Of a stretch of 51,282 nt of DNA, positions 8,315 to 17,800 are shown piece by piece. A model generated the notes under the pieces. The model did not search any database and was not told the DNA's origin. It saw only the letters and a program-made list of their open reading frames with translations. The position numbers were made by a program, and so were the translations under genes. Source of the stretch: an uncultured Nitrososphaerota archaeon (lineage in GTDB: Archaea; Asgardarchaeota; Njordarchaeia; Njordarchaeales; Panguiarchaeaceae); the NCBI GenBank assembly GCA_964636085.1, contig CAZWPQ010000014.1, positions 1 to 51,282 of the forward strand, in the 5' to 3' direction. Positions within the stretch are counted from its first letter, which is position 1, and each line of letters starts with the position of its first letter.

Positions 8315-11164
8315 CTATTGAATACCTAGTCTGCTTTGAAGCCACAATTTTATCTCTTCTGATTCCTCTACGAGGCCAGACCATGAAGCGAGAAGTTGTT
8401 CGTAGTTGCTCTCAAGCTCACCATGCAGTCTGGTCAGCTGTTTAATTATCTTTGGATACTCCTTCTTTATGAATGCAAACATTATTGATGAGTCAGATTT
8501 GCTTATAAATACTGGTAGTTCGCCAGAGAGTACGAGTCTTCTAAGTTCTTTGCCAATTATCTCACTCGTCAATGTATGGATGCCGAGCAGTCCAGAACTA
8601 ATTAGATTTAGATCATATCTCGTCTTGAAATCCTCGGGCAATATGAACATGGGTACTCCACCAACATCGGCGATACCTATAGCTATTATGTCCCTCTTCC
8701 AATTCCTAAACACCCCATAAGTATATGCCCTATAAAGCAACAATACACCAACCAGAGAGATTATTAGTACATAGTCGGGAAAATGCGGGAGCAATATATC
8801 ATAAATATCTGGTATTCCATCCCCATCCGAATCCTTGGATTTGGGATTCAACATTCTATCTACTTCCTCCGAATCTGTTAGGCCATCACCATCTGTGTCC
8901 CTGTTAAGTGGATCTGTCCCATAGACCTTTGTCTCTTCATAGTCATTTAATCCATCCCCGTCCGTGTCGGATAGGAAGGGATCCGTCGAATAGTTCTCTA
9001 TTTCCTCTCCATCGCTAAGACCATCACCATCAGTATCGTCTTTAAGTATGTCAGTGCCGAGAGAAACCTCTAAACCATCGCTAAGACCGTCACCATCAGT
9101 ATCTGGCATATGTGGATTAGAAACATAGAAATAGAGTTCCCTATAATCATCTATTCCATCATCATCAGTATCCATGCTTGTCGGATCTAGTTCTAGTTGC
9201 TTCTCATCATAGTCGCTAATTCCATCCCCATCAGTATCTACAAGTGTAGCATTTGGATATGACACATATACATTATTTCTAGTACCTATCCAATACTCAA
9301 CACCGAAATAGATCTCATCGAAATCCATTAGGCCATCTCCATCTGTGTCGTTTTTTGTTGGGTCGGTCTTATATCCATGACGTGTACCGATCATGTAGTC
9401 CCCAACAACTTCATAGTAATCTAGTATACCATCATCATCAGTATCGTTGTCGCATGGATTAGTGATATATAGATTTTTACACCCACCATATTGGTCATAG
9501 ATTATGTCTGGCCTCTTCTCTAACTCAAACTTATCATCCAGGCCATCATTATCACTATCATAGAGATTAGGTTCGGTGCCATATGTGTAGACTTCACTAC
9601 CATCAATTATACCATCCCCGTCGGTATCGGATTCATTTGGATTTGTCAAGTATACGTTGGATTCCTCCCAGTCGCCCAAACAATCCTTATCTGTGTCACT
9701 ATAAATAATTATTGGTGCCCAATCATACTCTGAATCGACAATACAGATAGCTGACCCGAAGATATCATATGTATCCGTCATTACTGATGAAATTTTTAAT
9801 GGCCATATATCCCCTATACATAAATGCTTTGAGGCCCCCCACTCAAAAATACCAGTGGTTGTATTGACACTAGAGTTTATGAGCGTTGGGGCGTGCATTC
9901 CAACGTCCTCATCATACTCTAGCATCAGGAAATACACATCATTATCGCTATAGTCCGTGTCAACACACTCGATGTTGGATGGATATTTGCTCTCTAGGGC
10001 TATGTCTTCATATAGGAAGGCAATATCGGAATTATTTCTGATGTCACCAACATAGCAATACATTTGGAAAAGATACTGCCTAATCTCTGTATGGCCTTCC
10101 CATAGAACTATCATGTAATTCGTTCCATTATATAGCGAGATGGATATCCACTTGTAGTCTGGTGGAGAACCGAAATAATCAGAGTAAAACGACGATATTC
10201 CCCCTCCATATAGGCTTGTGTAATTATCAGATATATTCCATGCCATGACCACTATCCAATCTAGATCTATCTGATTCCAATGCAATGTTGTGGCTCCATA
10301 CACAACATCGTTGTCAAGTATAACATTACTAATAGCTATTATTTTGTTATAGATGTAAAAATCATAGTATGTAGAATTTATTCCACTCTCTCCCCAATAC
10401 GTCATATTTAGACAATAGCCAACGAATAGGCCCACGCCCCATAGGAATTCATAATAGCCATAACCATACATCAGGACAAAATCGTTATTATAGCTATCTA
10501 GCGAAATACCAACGGAAAAGAAATACCGACCAAGACTATAATCGGTAATATTCTCTAATAAAACAAATTCATCACCCACGAGATCTAGGTTTTCGTACTT
10601 ATATACGTAGATGTGTGATACCTTAAGCTTGATTGTCCATTGAGTAGTAGTTAGTGAAAAAGCTAGGATATATGTCCTATTTTGGAGTATTGTTGTGTCC
10701 AAATGGGAGATCATTGGTGTTAAGTTTGCATCAGCGACCACCGTGAAGTTTGCAATCTCATAGTAATGAATATATGCGTGCCTTCCTTGTATATCAACAT
10801 TATCTGTATCCCATCTATATAGGTGAAATACGAATGATACGTTTTCTTCTTCATCCCTCTTCTCCACAATCATTGAGTAGACAATATCTCCATCGCTTGG
10901 ATCTATAGCTACGTCAACATATGTGACATTTCCACACTCTCTAATACTATCAGTATACTTGGCTACCCAGCCATGCGAATAAATGTTCTCCACCAAAATG
11001 CTTTCCTCCTCAGCAACATGGATATATGAAGAGTGATTATAATCCCTGTTAATTGCACCATCCCCAAGATTTTCGTTACACTGAATACATCCTTGCGAGC
11101 GTCCCAAACTAAGATTAAAAACAAAAAGCATGATCACGAATACAGGAATGTACTTCCCCCCCAT
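8315..11164 (-). CDS. single-pass receptor-like protein: signal peptide, ~470-aa beta-rich ectodomain, ~12 DxDxDG Ca-binding (bacterial TSP3-like) repeats, TM helix, cytoplasmic longin/roadblock-like domain
   Basis: Repeats of the form [10 protein letters not shown]...TDP, then TM YVLIISLVGVLLLY. The C-terminal ~128 aa ([15 protein letters not shown]...DLNLISSGLLGIHTLTSEI...LESNYEQLLASWSG) follow the beta-beta-alpha-beta-beta-beta-alpha-alpha longin pattern seen in Asgard proteins. Confidence 0.75.
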   Translation of the reverse strand: MGGKYIPVFVIMLFVFNLSLGRSQGCIQCNENLGDGAINRDYNHSSYIHVAEEESILVENIYSHGWVAKYTDSIRECGNVTYVDVAIDPSDGDIVYSMIVEKRDEEENVSFVFHLYRWDTDNVDIQGRHAYIHYYEIANFTVVADANLTPMISHLDTTILQNRTYILAFSLTTTQWTIKLKVSHIYVYKYENLDLVGDEFVLLENITDYSLGRYFFSVGISLDSYNNDFVLMYGYGYYEFLWGVGLFVGYCLNMTYWGESGINSTYYDFYIYNKIIAISNVILDNDVVYGATTLHWNQIDLDWIVVMAWNISDNYTSLYGGGISSFYSDYFGSPPDYKWISISLYNGTNYMIVLWEGHTEIRQYLFQMYCYVGDIRNNSDIAFLYEDIALESKYPSNIECVDTDYSDNDVYFLMLEYDEDVGMHAPTLINSSVNTTTGIFEWGASKHLCIGDIWPLKISSVMTDTYDIFGSAICIVDSEYDWAPIIIYSDTDKDCLGDWEESNVYLTNPNESDTDGDGIIDGSEVYTYGTEPNLYDSDNDGLDDKFELEKRPDIIYDQYGGCKNLYITNPCDNDTDDDGILDYYEVVGDYMIGTRHGYKTDPTKNDTDGDGLMDFDEIYFGVEYWIGTRNNVYVSYPNATLVDTDGDGISDYDEKQLELDPTSMDTDDDGIDDYRELYFYVSNPHMPDTDGDGLSDGLEVSLGTDILKDDTDGDGLSDGEEIENYSTDPFLSDTDGDGLNDYEETKVYGTDPLNRDTDGDGLTDSEEVDRMLNPKSKDSDGDGIPDIYDILLPHFPDYVLIISLVGVLLLYRAYTYGVFRNWKRDIIAIGIADVGGVPMFILPEDFKTRYDLNLISSGLLGIHTLTSEIIGKELRRLVLSGELPVFISKSDSSIMFAFIKKEYPKIIKQLTRLHGELESNYEQLLASWSGLVEESEEIKLWLQSRLGIQ
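8808..9697 (-). repeat. intragenic array of ~12 DxDxDG Ca-binding repeats
   Basis: Counted from DTDKDCLGD to DSDGDGIPD in the translation. Confidence 0.85.
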
Positions 11165-11400
11165 GGATCATCGCCTTTTAATTGAAAACTAATTAAATAT
11201 CAAAATCCTCATTAATACTTAAGAGAGTATCCAAAAACTTCTATGTCCCTACAATCACGTATTGGCTGCTGAACATCCAGAAATTACAACATCGGCTTCG
11301 CCCTGCCTAGACTTCTAAGAGAGCGAGGAATACCTCAACAAATACACATGTAGGAGCCAAACATGAATAAAGAGCGTGGCCTATTAAATGAATAATTTTT

Positions 11401-11416
11401 GGAAAAAATAAAAAGA
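11401..11416 (-). terminator. oligo-T terminator after the three-gene operon
   Basis: The minus strand reads TCTTTTTATTTTTTCC immediately after the stop at 11417. Confidence 0.5.
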
Positions 11417-12283
11417 CTACCTAAGCGCCCTTCCCATGACAACTCGAATAAATTCCTCCCCAAACTTCACAGCATACTTTCTTGGAGATGTTAAGAAGAT
11501 CTTCTTGGCTTCCTCGGAAGCTATTATTGCGGGGACCTCACCCCTAGACGTCAACATATTATATATGCCTGGATGATACTTCTTAAGACATTTGATACAA
11601 TGAACATCAAAGTAGAACCCATATCTCAACACCTTGATCTCCATAGTGAAGCCAAAAGGACCCAATATCCCAAGAGTAACCAACTCTGCTCCAGGGGGGA
11701 TCTTTATTCTCACAGGTCTACGAGATACCGATCCAACTCCTCCCCCTGCTGGTAGGAACTGTGGGCTCTCCCCTGTTGGGAGTATTATGGCTTCGTTATG
11801 GGCTAATAGCTTGCCACAATGATGGCAAATGTACATGTTCTCTGACTTTGGCGCAACATATGGAGCAGTTGTTGGAAAAAGGAAATATAGCATAATGAAT
11901 AAAAAGCCTATAATTGTCAGGTATATCCCAATATTGCTGGCACTGAATTCGCCTATAGCTGCAGCTGATAGGATGCCTACTAATAATAAAAGTAAACCAA
12001 AAATAAGATACATCATATTATAGACAGTCCTATAGATAGGCATCCTCATCGTTATTCGAGGGGAAGATATATTGCTCTTATCCCATATCACTATTTTCTC
12101 GACAATCTCTGCCTTCTCTACCGCTTCGCGACTCACAGAATGTTGAACAGTCTTAATATACTTGCCAGCGACTAGGCTGACGATGCCTTCTACATCTGTC
12201 GGAGGCATCCTCCTTGCCGGTCTCCTGCCAAATAGGGTTTTTAAACCCGCTAGTGGCCGAGAGCGCAAGTATCTACTAGACAC
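11417..12283 (-). CDS. membrane-hairpin protein with Arg-rich N-terminus and split C4 Zn-finger (CHHC...HCxxC), paralog B
   Basis: Two adjacent TM helices, then ENMYICHHCGK ... DVHCIKCLKKYHP. Homologous to 12290..12973. GAGGTGAGGAG SD. Confidence 0.7.
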   Translation of the reverse strand: MSSRYLRSRPLAGLKTLFGRRPARRMPPTDVEGIVSLVAGKYIKTVQHSVSREAVEKAEIVEKIVIWDKSNISSPRITMRMPIYRTVYNMMYLIFGLLLLLVGILSAAAIGEFSASNIGIYLTIIGFLFIMLYFLFPTTAPYVAPKSENMYICHHCGKLLAHNEAIILPTGESPQFLPAGGGVGSVSRRPVRIKIPPGAELVTLGILGPFGFTMEIKVLRYGFYFDVHCIKCLKKYHPGIYNMLTSRGEVPAIIASEEAKKIFLTSPRKYAVKFGEEFIRVVMGRALR

Positions 12284-12289
12284 ATCTCC

Positions 12290-12973
12290 TCACCTCATCG
12301 CTCCAATTGGTTGCATTCTAAATCTTTTTAGCAATGCATAAATCCTCTTCTTCATGTATTCTGGACCCCTCTCAGATAATCTCGAGTAGACATCTGGGTG
12401 ATATTTTCTAAGGCAACTTTGACAATGGACTGCATAGAAATTACCTCTTTTTTCTGGCCTCCTAACGCCTCTTAGAACACGCATTGTATATCTTGGATAC
12501 TCATCTTCATATTTTATAATAACAGCATCGGTCTCAGGAACTGCTTTTCCACAGTGATGGCAAATATAGATGTTCTCCCCCGCGAACACGGTCTCTGTTG
12601 TTCTAAGTCCGAAAAGACTTCCAACAGCGAGGATTGCCGCGAGTACAAGTAGGACTATCTCCTTAATTATAATACCAAAAATCAATAGCATAACACCTAT
12701 CATCGCCACAGCTAGTGCGGCGGGATTCAGCTTCGATATTTTCTGCCTCCCGATGTAGACACTTTTTGGAGGCAAGTTTGTAGTTTCGTCTATAACCAGT
12801 TTTTCAAGGAAGTCCACAGTTTCGTAGTCCTTCCTATCAATCGGATACTCTTGGACCCTCGTGTAGTTCATCGCTATTAGATTAACGCTCTCCTCAACAT
12901 CCGTCATTGGTGCAGTTGGGCGTCTGGGGCCCGCATATCTTGTGGGCCTTCTGGCCTGTCTTCTGGCGGCCAT
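12290..12973 (-). CDS. membrane-hairpin protein with Arg-rich N-terminus and split C4 Zn-finger, paralog A
   Basis: Two adjacent TM helices, then ENIYICHHCGK ... AVHCQSCLRKYHP. Gaps to both neighbours are 6 nt. Confidence 0.7.
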   Translation of the reverse strand: MAARRQARRPTRYAGPRRPTAPMTDVEESVNLIAMNYTRVQEYPIDRKDYETVDFLEKLVIDETTNLPPKSVYIGRQKISKLNPAALAVAMIGVMLLIFGIIIKEIVLLVLAAILAVGSLFGLRTTETVFAGENIYICHHCGKAVPETDAVIIKYEDEYPRYTMRVLRGVRRPEKRGNFYAVHCQSCLRKYHPDVYSRLSERGPEYMKKRIYALLKRFRMQPIGAMR

Positions 12974-12979
12974 ACCTAC

Positions 12980-14761
12980 CTACCTGCCTATACTTTCTAA
13001 TCTTTCTTTGAGGCCCTCAAATATCTCCATGACCTTGGGTATTATCTTGGGAGGCACAATCGATCTTATCAGTACTTTAACATCGGATAGTTTCCTACGC
13101 TCACTTACTGTTGATTTGCTTGCTCTTCCTTGGCCCGTTAGTGATACACTGACATGTTTTATTCTAGAGTATACTTCTATAAACAATGTAACGGATAGGC
13201 CCTCAATAGCCCCCTTATACAGTAAATAGCGTAGTTCTACAATCTCGTCCCATGGCTCCGCAAATCTTACCCTCTTTATGTCGCTATCATATAGCATCGA
13301 GAATCCGAGAGCCTCCAATGTTTTCTTGAGTGTTTTAACTACCGGAACCATATCCACCATTGATAATGGTATCTCTTTCTGAATGGGCTCCCTTAGCTGG
13401 ATCTCTATTGGTATTCTCTCCTCCATAGTTAGACGGATCTCTGTCCTAGTGCCAGGCAGCGGATACCCCAGTACATTTTGTGGGACATAGTAGCGTGCCT
13501 TGAAGCTTATCGGGTATCCCATGGGGGTGAAATAGACCAAACCATAGCTTATTCTTCTGAGCACTCGAGAAATGACTCCAGTTATTATATCTGGGGGGTA
13601 TACAAAACTTCCTTGGACCCTTATCTTTATTCCCTTCTCTTCTGAGCTCATCACTTTTGATATTACGCTTTGGCGAATACCTATGGCGAATGATACCTCT
13701 TGATTTATGTTAAGGCTTCCTCCCGTGATCTCTATTTTGCCCTCTCCAGGCTTTATATCTACCCTACCCTTAATGTTGAGGGGAATAATAACATCTTCTA
13801 TTCCGAAGCTGGCTTCGGGGAATATCAATTCTATCTTGTCGATATTTATGGTCGACTGGAATAGTGTGCCTAGAGTCTCATTCTTAATGCTGACAACAAG
13901 AATTACATAGTCAGACACCTTACCAAAGCTCTCCTTAATGTTGGTTATAGTTTCAATAAACTGAGTAGGCGATAGCATAAGTTGTCTAGCAAGCACATCT
14001 ATACGTTGCAGTTGCGACTGTAATCCATATTTGAAAGCCTCTTCAGTTAGGTCCAAAATCAACCAACTTATGGAAAGCACATCGGTCCTCAAGAATTCCT
14101 CTATGTTTATGTTCCTTATTATTATCTCCTCATGCTTCTTTAAGTATTCCTTAAGCTTATCGAGGTCAAGAGTGTATGGGAATTCAAAAATCACCTTATT
14201 TTCCTTGAGTATATCAGTAACCTTCTTATTTACTATTAGCTTGAACACACCCTTAGATATCTGCTTTACTCCCTCCGTTATACCGCTCTCATCGAGCTTT
14301 ATAAATTCTGGTACAGGAATGGCAAGGTAACCAAACATTGTCTTAGGAGGGAGCTCACCCTCCTCCATCTTCATTGCAGTGATCCATATAGGCTCTGGTG
14401 GATATGTTATGTCCTTCCTAGGGATAATCCTAAGTAATATCTTGCCATCAAGAGACATCTCAGATTCTCCTATACCTGATTTCGTAATTTTGAGATCTAG
14501 AACATTCTTTATTAACACATCCGTAGGTCTATACGGATACTCATAATAGAACATACCATAGCCATTACCAATCCACTCAAAATACTCTTTAGGCCTCGAT
14601 GGAACCGATGGTCTTGCAGGAAGCCTCCGAGCCTTAGGTATCCCTGGTTTCAGCTCGATTGGCTTTTCCTCTTCTTCCTCTTCTCCCTCCTCTTCCTCCT
14701 CTTCTAGTAATTCTAGTCCTAGCTTGCTACCAGCCATAAACAACACACCCCCTTCAAACAA
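12980..14761 (-). CDS. soluble beta-rich protein with acidic/Pro-rich N-terminal tail; possible mu-homology (adaptin) sandwich plus appendage-platform-like C-terminal domain (likely start 14737)
   Basis: No signal peptide or TM, with an EEEEEEGEEEEEE tract near the N-terminus. By-eye pattern similarity to AP mu subunits and adaptin platform subdomains. The gene itself is well supported; the fold call is tentative. Confidence 0.45.
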   Translation of the reverse strand: MFEGGVLFMAGSKLGLELLEEEEEEGEEEEEEKPIELKPGIPKARRLPARPSVPSRPKEYFEWIGNGYGMFYYEYPYRPTDVLIKNVLDLKITKSGIGESEMSLDGKILLRIIPRKDITYPPEPIWITAMKMEEGELPPKTMFGYLAIPVPEFIKLDESGITEGVKQISKGVFKLIVNKKVTDILKENKVIFEFPYTLDLDKLKEYLKKHEEIIIRNINIEEFLRTDVLSISWLILDLTEEAFKYGLQSQLQRIDVLARQLMLSPTQFIETITNIKESFGKVSDYVILVVSIKNETLGTLFQSTINIDKIELIFPEASFGIEDVIIPLNIKGRVDIKPGEGKIEITGGSLNINQEVSFAIGIRQSVISKVMSSEEKGIKIRVQGSFVYPPDIITGVISRVLRRISYGLVYFTPMGYPISFKARYYVPQNVLGYPLPGTRTEIRLTMEERIPIEIQLREPIQKEIPLSMVDMVPVVKTLKKTLEALGFSMLYDSDIKRVRFAEPWDEIVELRYLLYKGAIEGLSVTLFIEVYSRIKHVSVSLTGQGRASKSTVSERRKLSDVKVLIRSIVPPKIIPKVMEIFEGLKERLESIGR

Positions 14762-14839
14762 AATGAGTCATTATTTTTGTAGAAGAAATATTAGTAATAT
14801 TGGGTTAATATATAAAAAACTAAAATAATACGGGGTATG

Positions 14840-17800
14840 CTATTTTCCGAATACTTCCTCGAATTCCTTCTCGATCTCCGTTTTCGCTTCCTCTTCTTCG
14901 ACTATCTCCACTGTAGGACTAACACCTAGTCTATTTGCCAGCCAAATCTTTGCATCTTCTATTTCTTCTGCCAGACCACTCCAAGATACAAATAATGGGC
15001 CATATAACTTTTCTAGTTCCTCATGGAGCTTAGCCAGTTGTTTGATTAGTCTAGGATACTCCTTCTTCACGAATACCCATGCTATTGAGGACTCGCCCCT
15101 ATTAATGAATATGGGTACCTCCCCAGAGAGTACTAATCGCTTAAGCTCCTTGCCAGAGATCTCACCAGTCATCGTGTGTATTCCCATCAATCCAGAGCTT
15201 ATGAGACTAGTATCGTATTTTGTCTGGAAGTCCTCTGGGACAACAAACATTGGGACTCCTCCAACATCCGAAAGGCCAAAGGCAACTATATCTCTCCTCC
15301 AGTTCCTGAATAGTCCGTAGGAATAGGACTTATAGAATGCTATCGCGACCAATATCACTAATAGGAAATACCAATCAGGTGTAAGTGGGAACAATATATC
15401 TAGCTTATCGGGTATCTTGTCATTATCCGTATCCTTGTCCGTTGGGTCAGTATTCTTGACCTTATATTCCGTATAGTCAGATAGTCCATCACCATCAGTA
15501 TCAGTATTGTTGATCAAAGTACCAATCATATATTCTTCCCCATCCAATAAACCATCACCATCAGTATCGTCATTGTTGGGATCACCACCAATCCTTATCT
15601 CATCTCCATCCCCCAAGCCATCATCATCAGTGTCTTTATCCGTAGGATCTGTATGATACATAAAGGCCTCCGAATAGTCATCAAGACCGTCACCATCTGT
15701 ATCGGGAGACGTCGGATCCATCTTCCTAAGACCAATACCACTAATATTGATGCCAGAAACCTCATCCCCATCCGTTATATTGTCGCCATCTGTATCATTA
15801 TAAGTGGCGTTGGTTCCATAAATAACGATCTCCTCATAATCACTCAACCCATCACCATCAGTGTCATCATAAATGGCACTTGTTTCATAAGTAATTATCT
15901 CCTCATAGTCGCTTAGCCCATCACCATCAGTATCGTCCACTGTTGGGTCTGTATAATATACCATCACTTCATCACAGTCACCCAGTCCATCACCATCGGT
16001 ATCTGCTGAGCTAGCATTAGTTTTACGGATACCAATACCAGGGACATCAACACCATAGATCTCTTGGCCATCAGTAAGACCGTCATTATCAGTATCAACA
16101 TCAGTAGCATTAGTATTATACACAACACACTCCTTATAATCATCAACACCATCATCATCAGTATCGCGGTCTGTCGGAAGTGTTTGATATATTACTATCT
16201 CATCATAATCAGAGAGCCCATCACCATCAGTATCGTCCACTGTTGGGTCTGTATAATATATCATAGCCTCCTCATAGTCTCCCAAGTTATCGCCGTCGGT
16301 ATCACCCCTGTGGGGGTCTGTATGGCGCATTCCTATACCCGTAACGTTTATACCATGTACTTCTACCCCATCTAGAAGCCCATCGTTATCCGTGTCATTA
16401 CATGTAGCATTGGTTATATATACTACAACCTCATCCCAATCATTAAGACAATCGTTATCTGTATCAATCGATTTGGGGTCTGTAGATAGTATGTGTATTT
16501 CCTCATGATCTCCTAATCCATCTCCATCCGTATCCCACGAGGTAGGATCCGTAAGGAATACCTTGCATTCATCGTAGTCATTTATCCCATCGTAATCTGT
16601 ATCGTTCTCTGTAGGATCTGGATACCTTATCCCCACACCACTGATGTTTATGCCTGTATATTCCTCATAATCCGTAAGACCATCATTATCTGTGTCGGCA
16701 TCACAAAGATCTGTGCCTAGATAATCCTCGACCATGTCGCTGAGCCCATCTAAATCAGTATCTGTTTTTCGCGGATCCGACCCATATAAATATTCCATAT
16801 AGTCACTTAGCCCATCTCCATCAGTATCATATTTTGTTAGGCTCGAGTTAGTCATATAAGCAACTATTGATCCATTAAAATATGTCACATTTACTTCCCA
16901 TCCAACAACTTCATCATAGTCTATTAGCGAATCATCGTCAGTATCTGGATCGAGAGGATTTGATAGATATATCTTAGCTTCTTCACTATCACTGAGCATA
17001 TCATCATCGGTGTCTGAATCGAGAGGATCTGTCTTGACTATTCCAATCCGACTTATATTAACACCTGTTACTTCCTCATAATCAGAAAGACCATCGCTAT
17101 CAGTATCATTATCTAAGGGATCTGTACCTAGCTCATTATACTCCTCGCCGTCTAATAAACCATCGCCATCAGTATCATTATCTAAGGGATCCGTATAACT
17201 TATCGCAGCCTCATCATAATCCGTTAATTTATCATCATCAGAGTCTTTTTCTGTAGGGTCTGAATACTTCTTTCCGGGAAGACCCGGAATGCTCATACCA
17301 TTAACCTCATCGTAGTCACTTAATCCATCACCATCAGTATCTGGGTCGTTTGGATCTGTAGTTACCCACCCAACACCAGGGACATAAGTTCCATTTACCT
17401 CTTCAAAATCTGAAAGGTTATCGCCATCCGTATCAGAGCTATTGGGATCAGTATCATAGATAAGGATTTCATCATAGTCTGTTAGATTGTCGCCGTCCGT
17501 ATCAGGATCATTAGGATCTGTGAAATACGTCGCTACTTCCTTATAATCTATTAATCCATCACTATCAGAATCCTTATTTAATGGATCTGTATTATATACC
17601 ATGACTTCTTCGTAATCGGAAAGTCCATCGCCATCGGTGTCATCTCTTTTTGGATCTGTACCAATGTTATTAACCTCCTCTCCGTCAATTAAACCATCAT
17701 CATCTGTATCATTATTTAATGGGTCCGTCTTTGTGACATATATTTCTTTATAGTCCGACAATCCATCGTTATCCGTATCTTCACTGGTTGGATCGGTACC

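Noticed and set aside
11165-11416. Intergenic regions checked for tRNA or other structured RNA (also 38679-38980 and 36070-36248)
   Set aside because: I found no T-loop/cloverleaf or convincing long stems by eye.
15915-16260. 46-bp exact repeat pair as a DGR template/variable repeat
   Set aside because: The copies are identical rather than adenine-variable, both are coding, and no reverse transcriptase is present.
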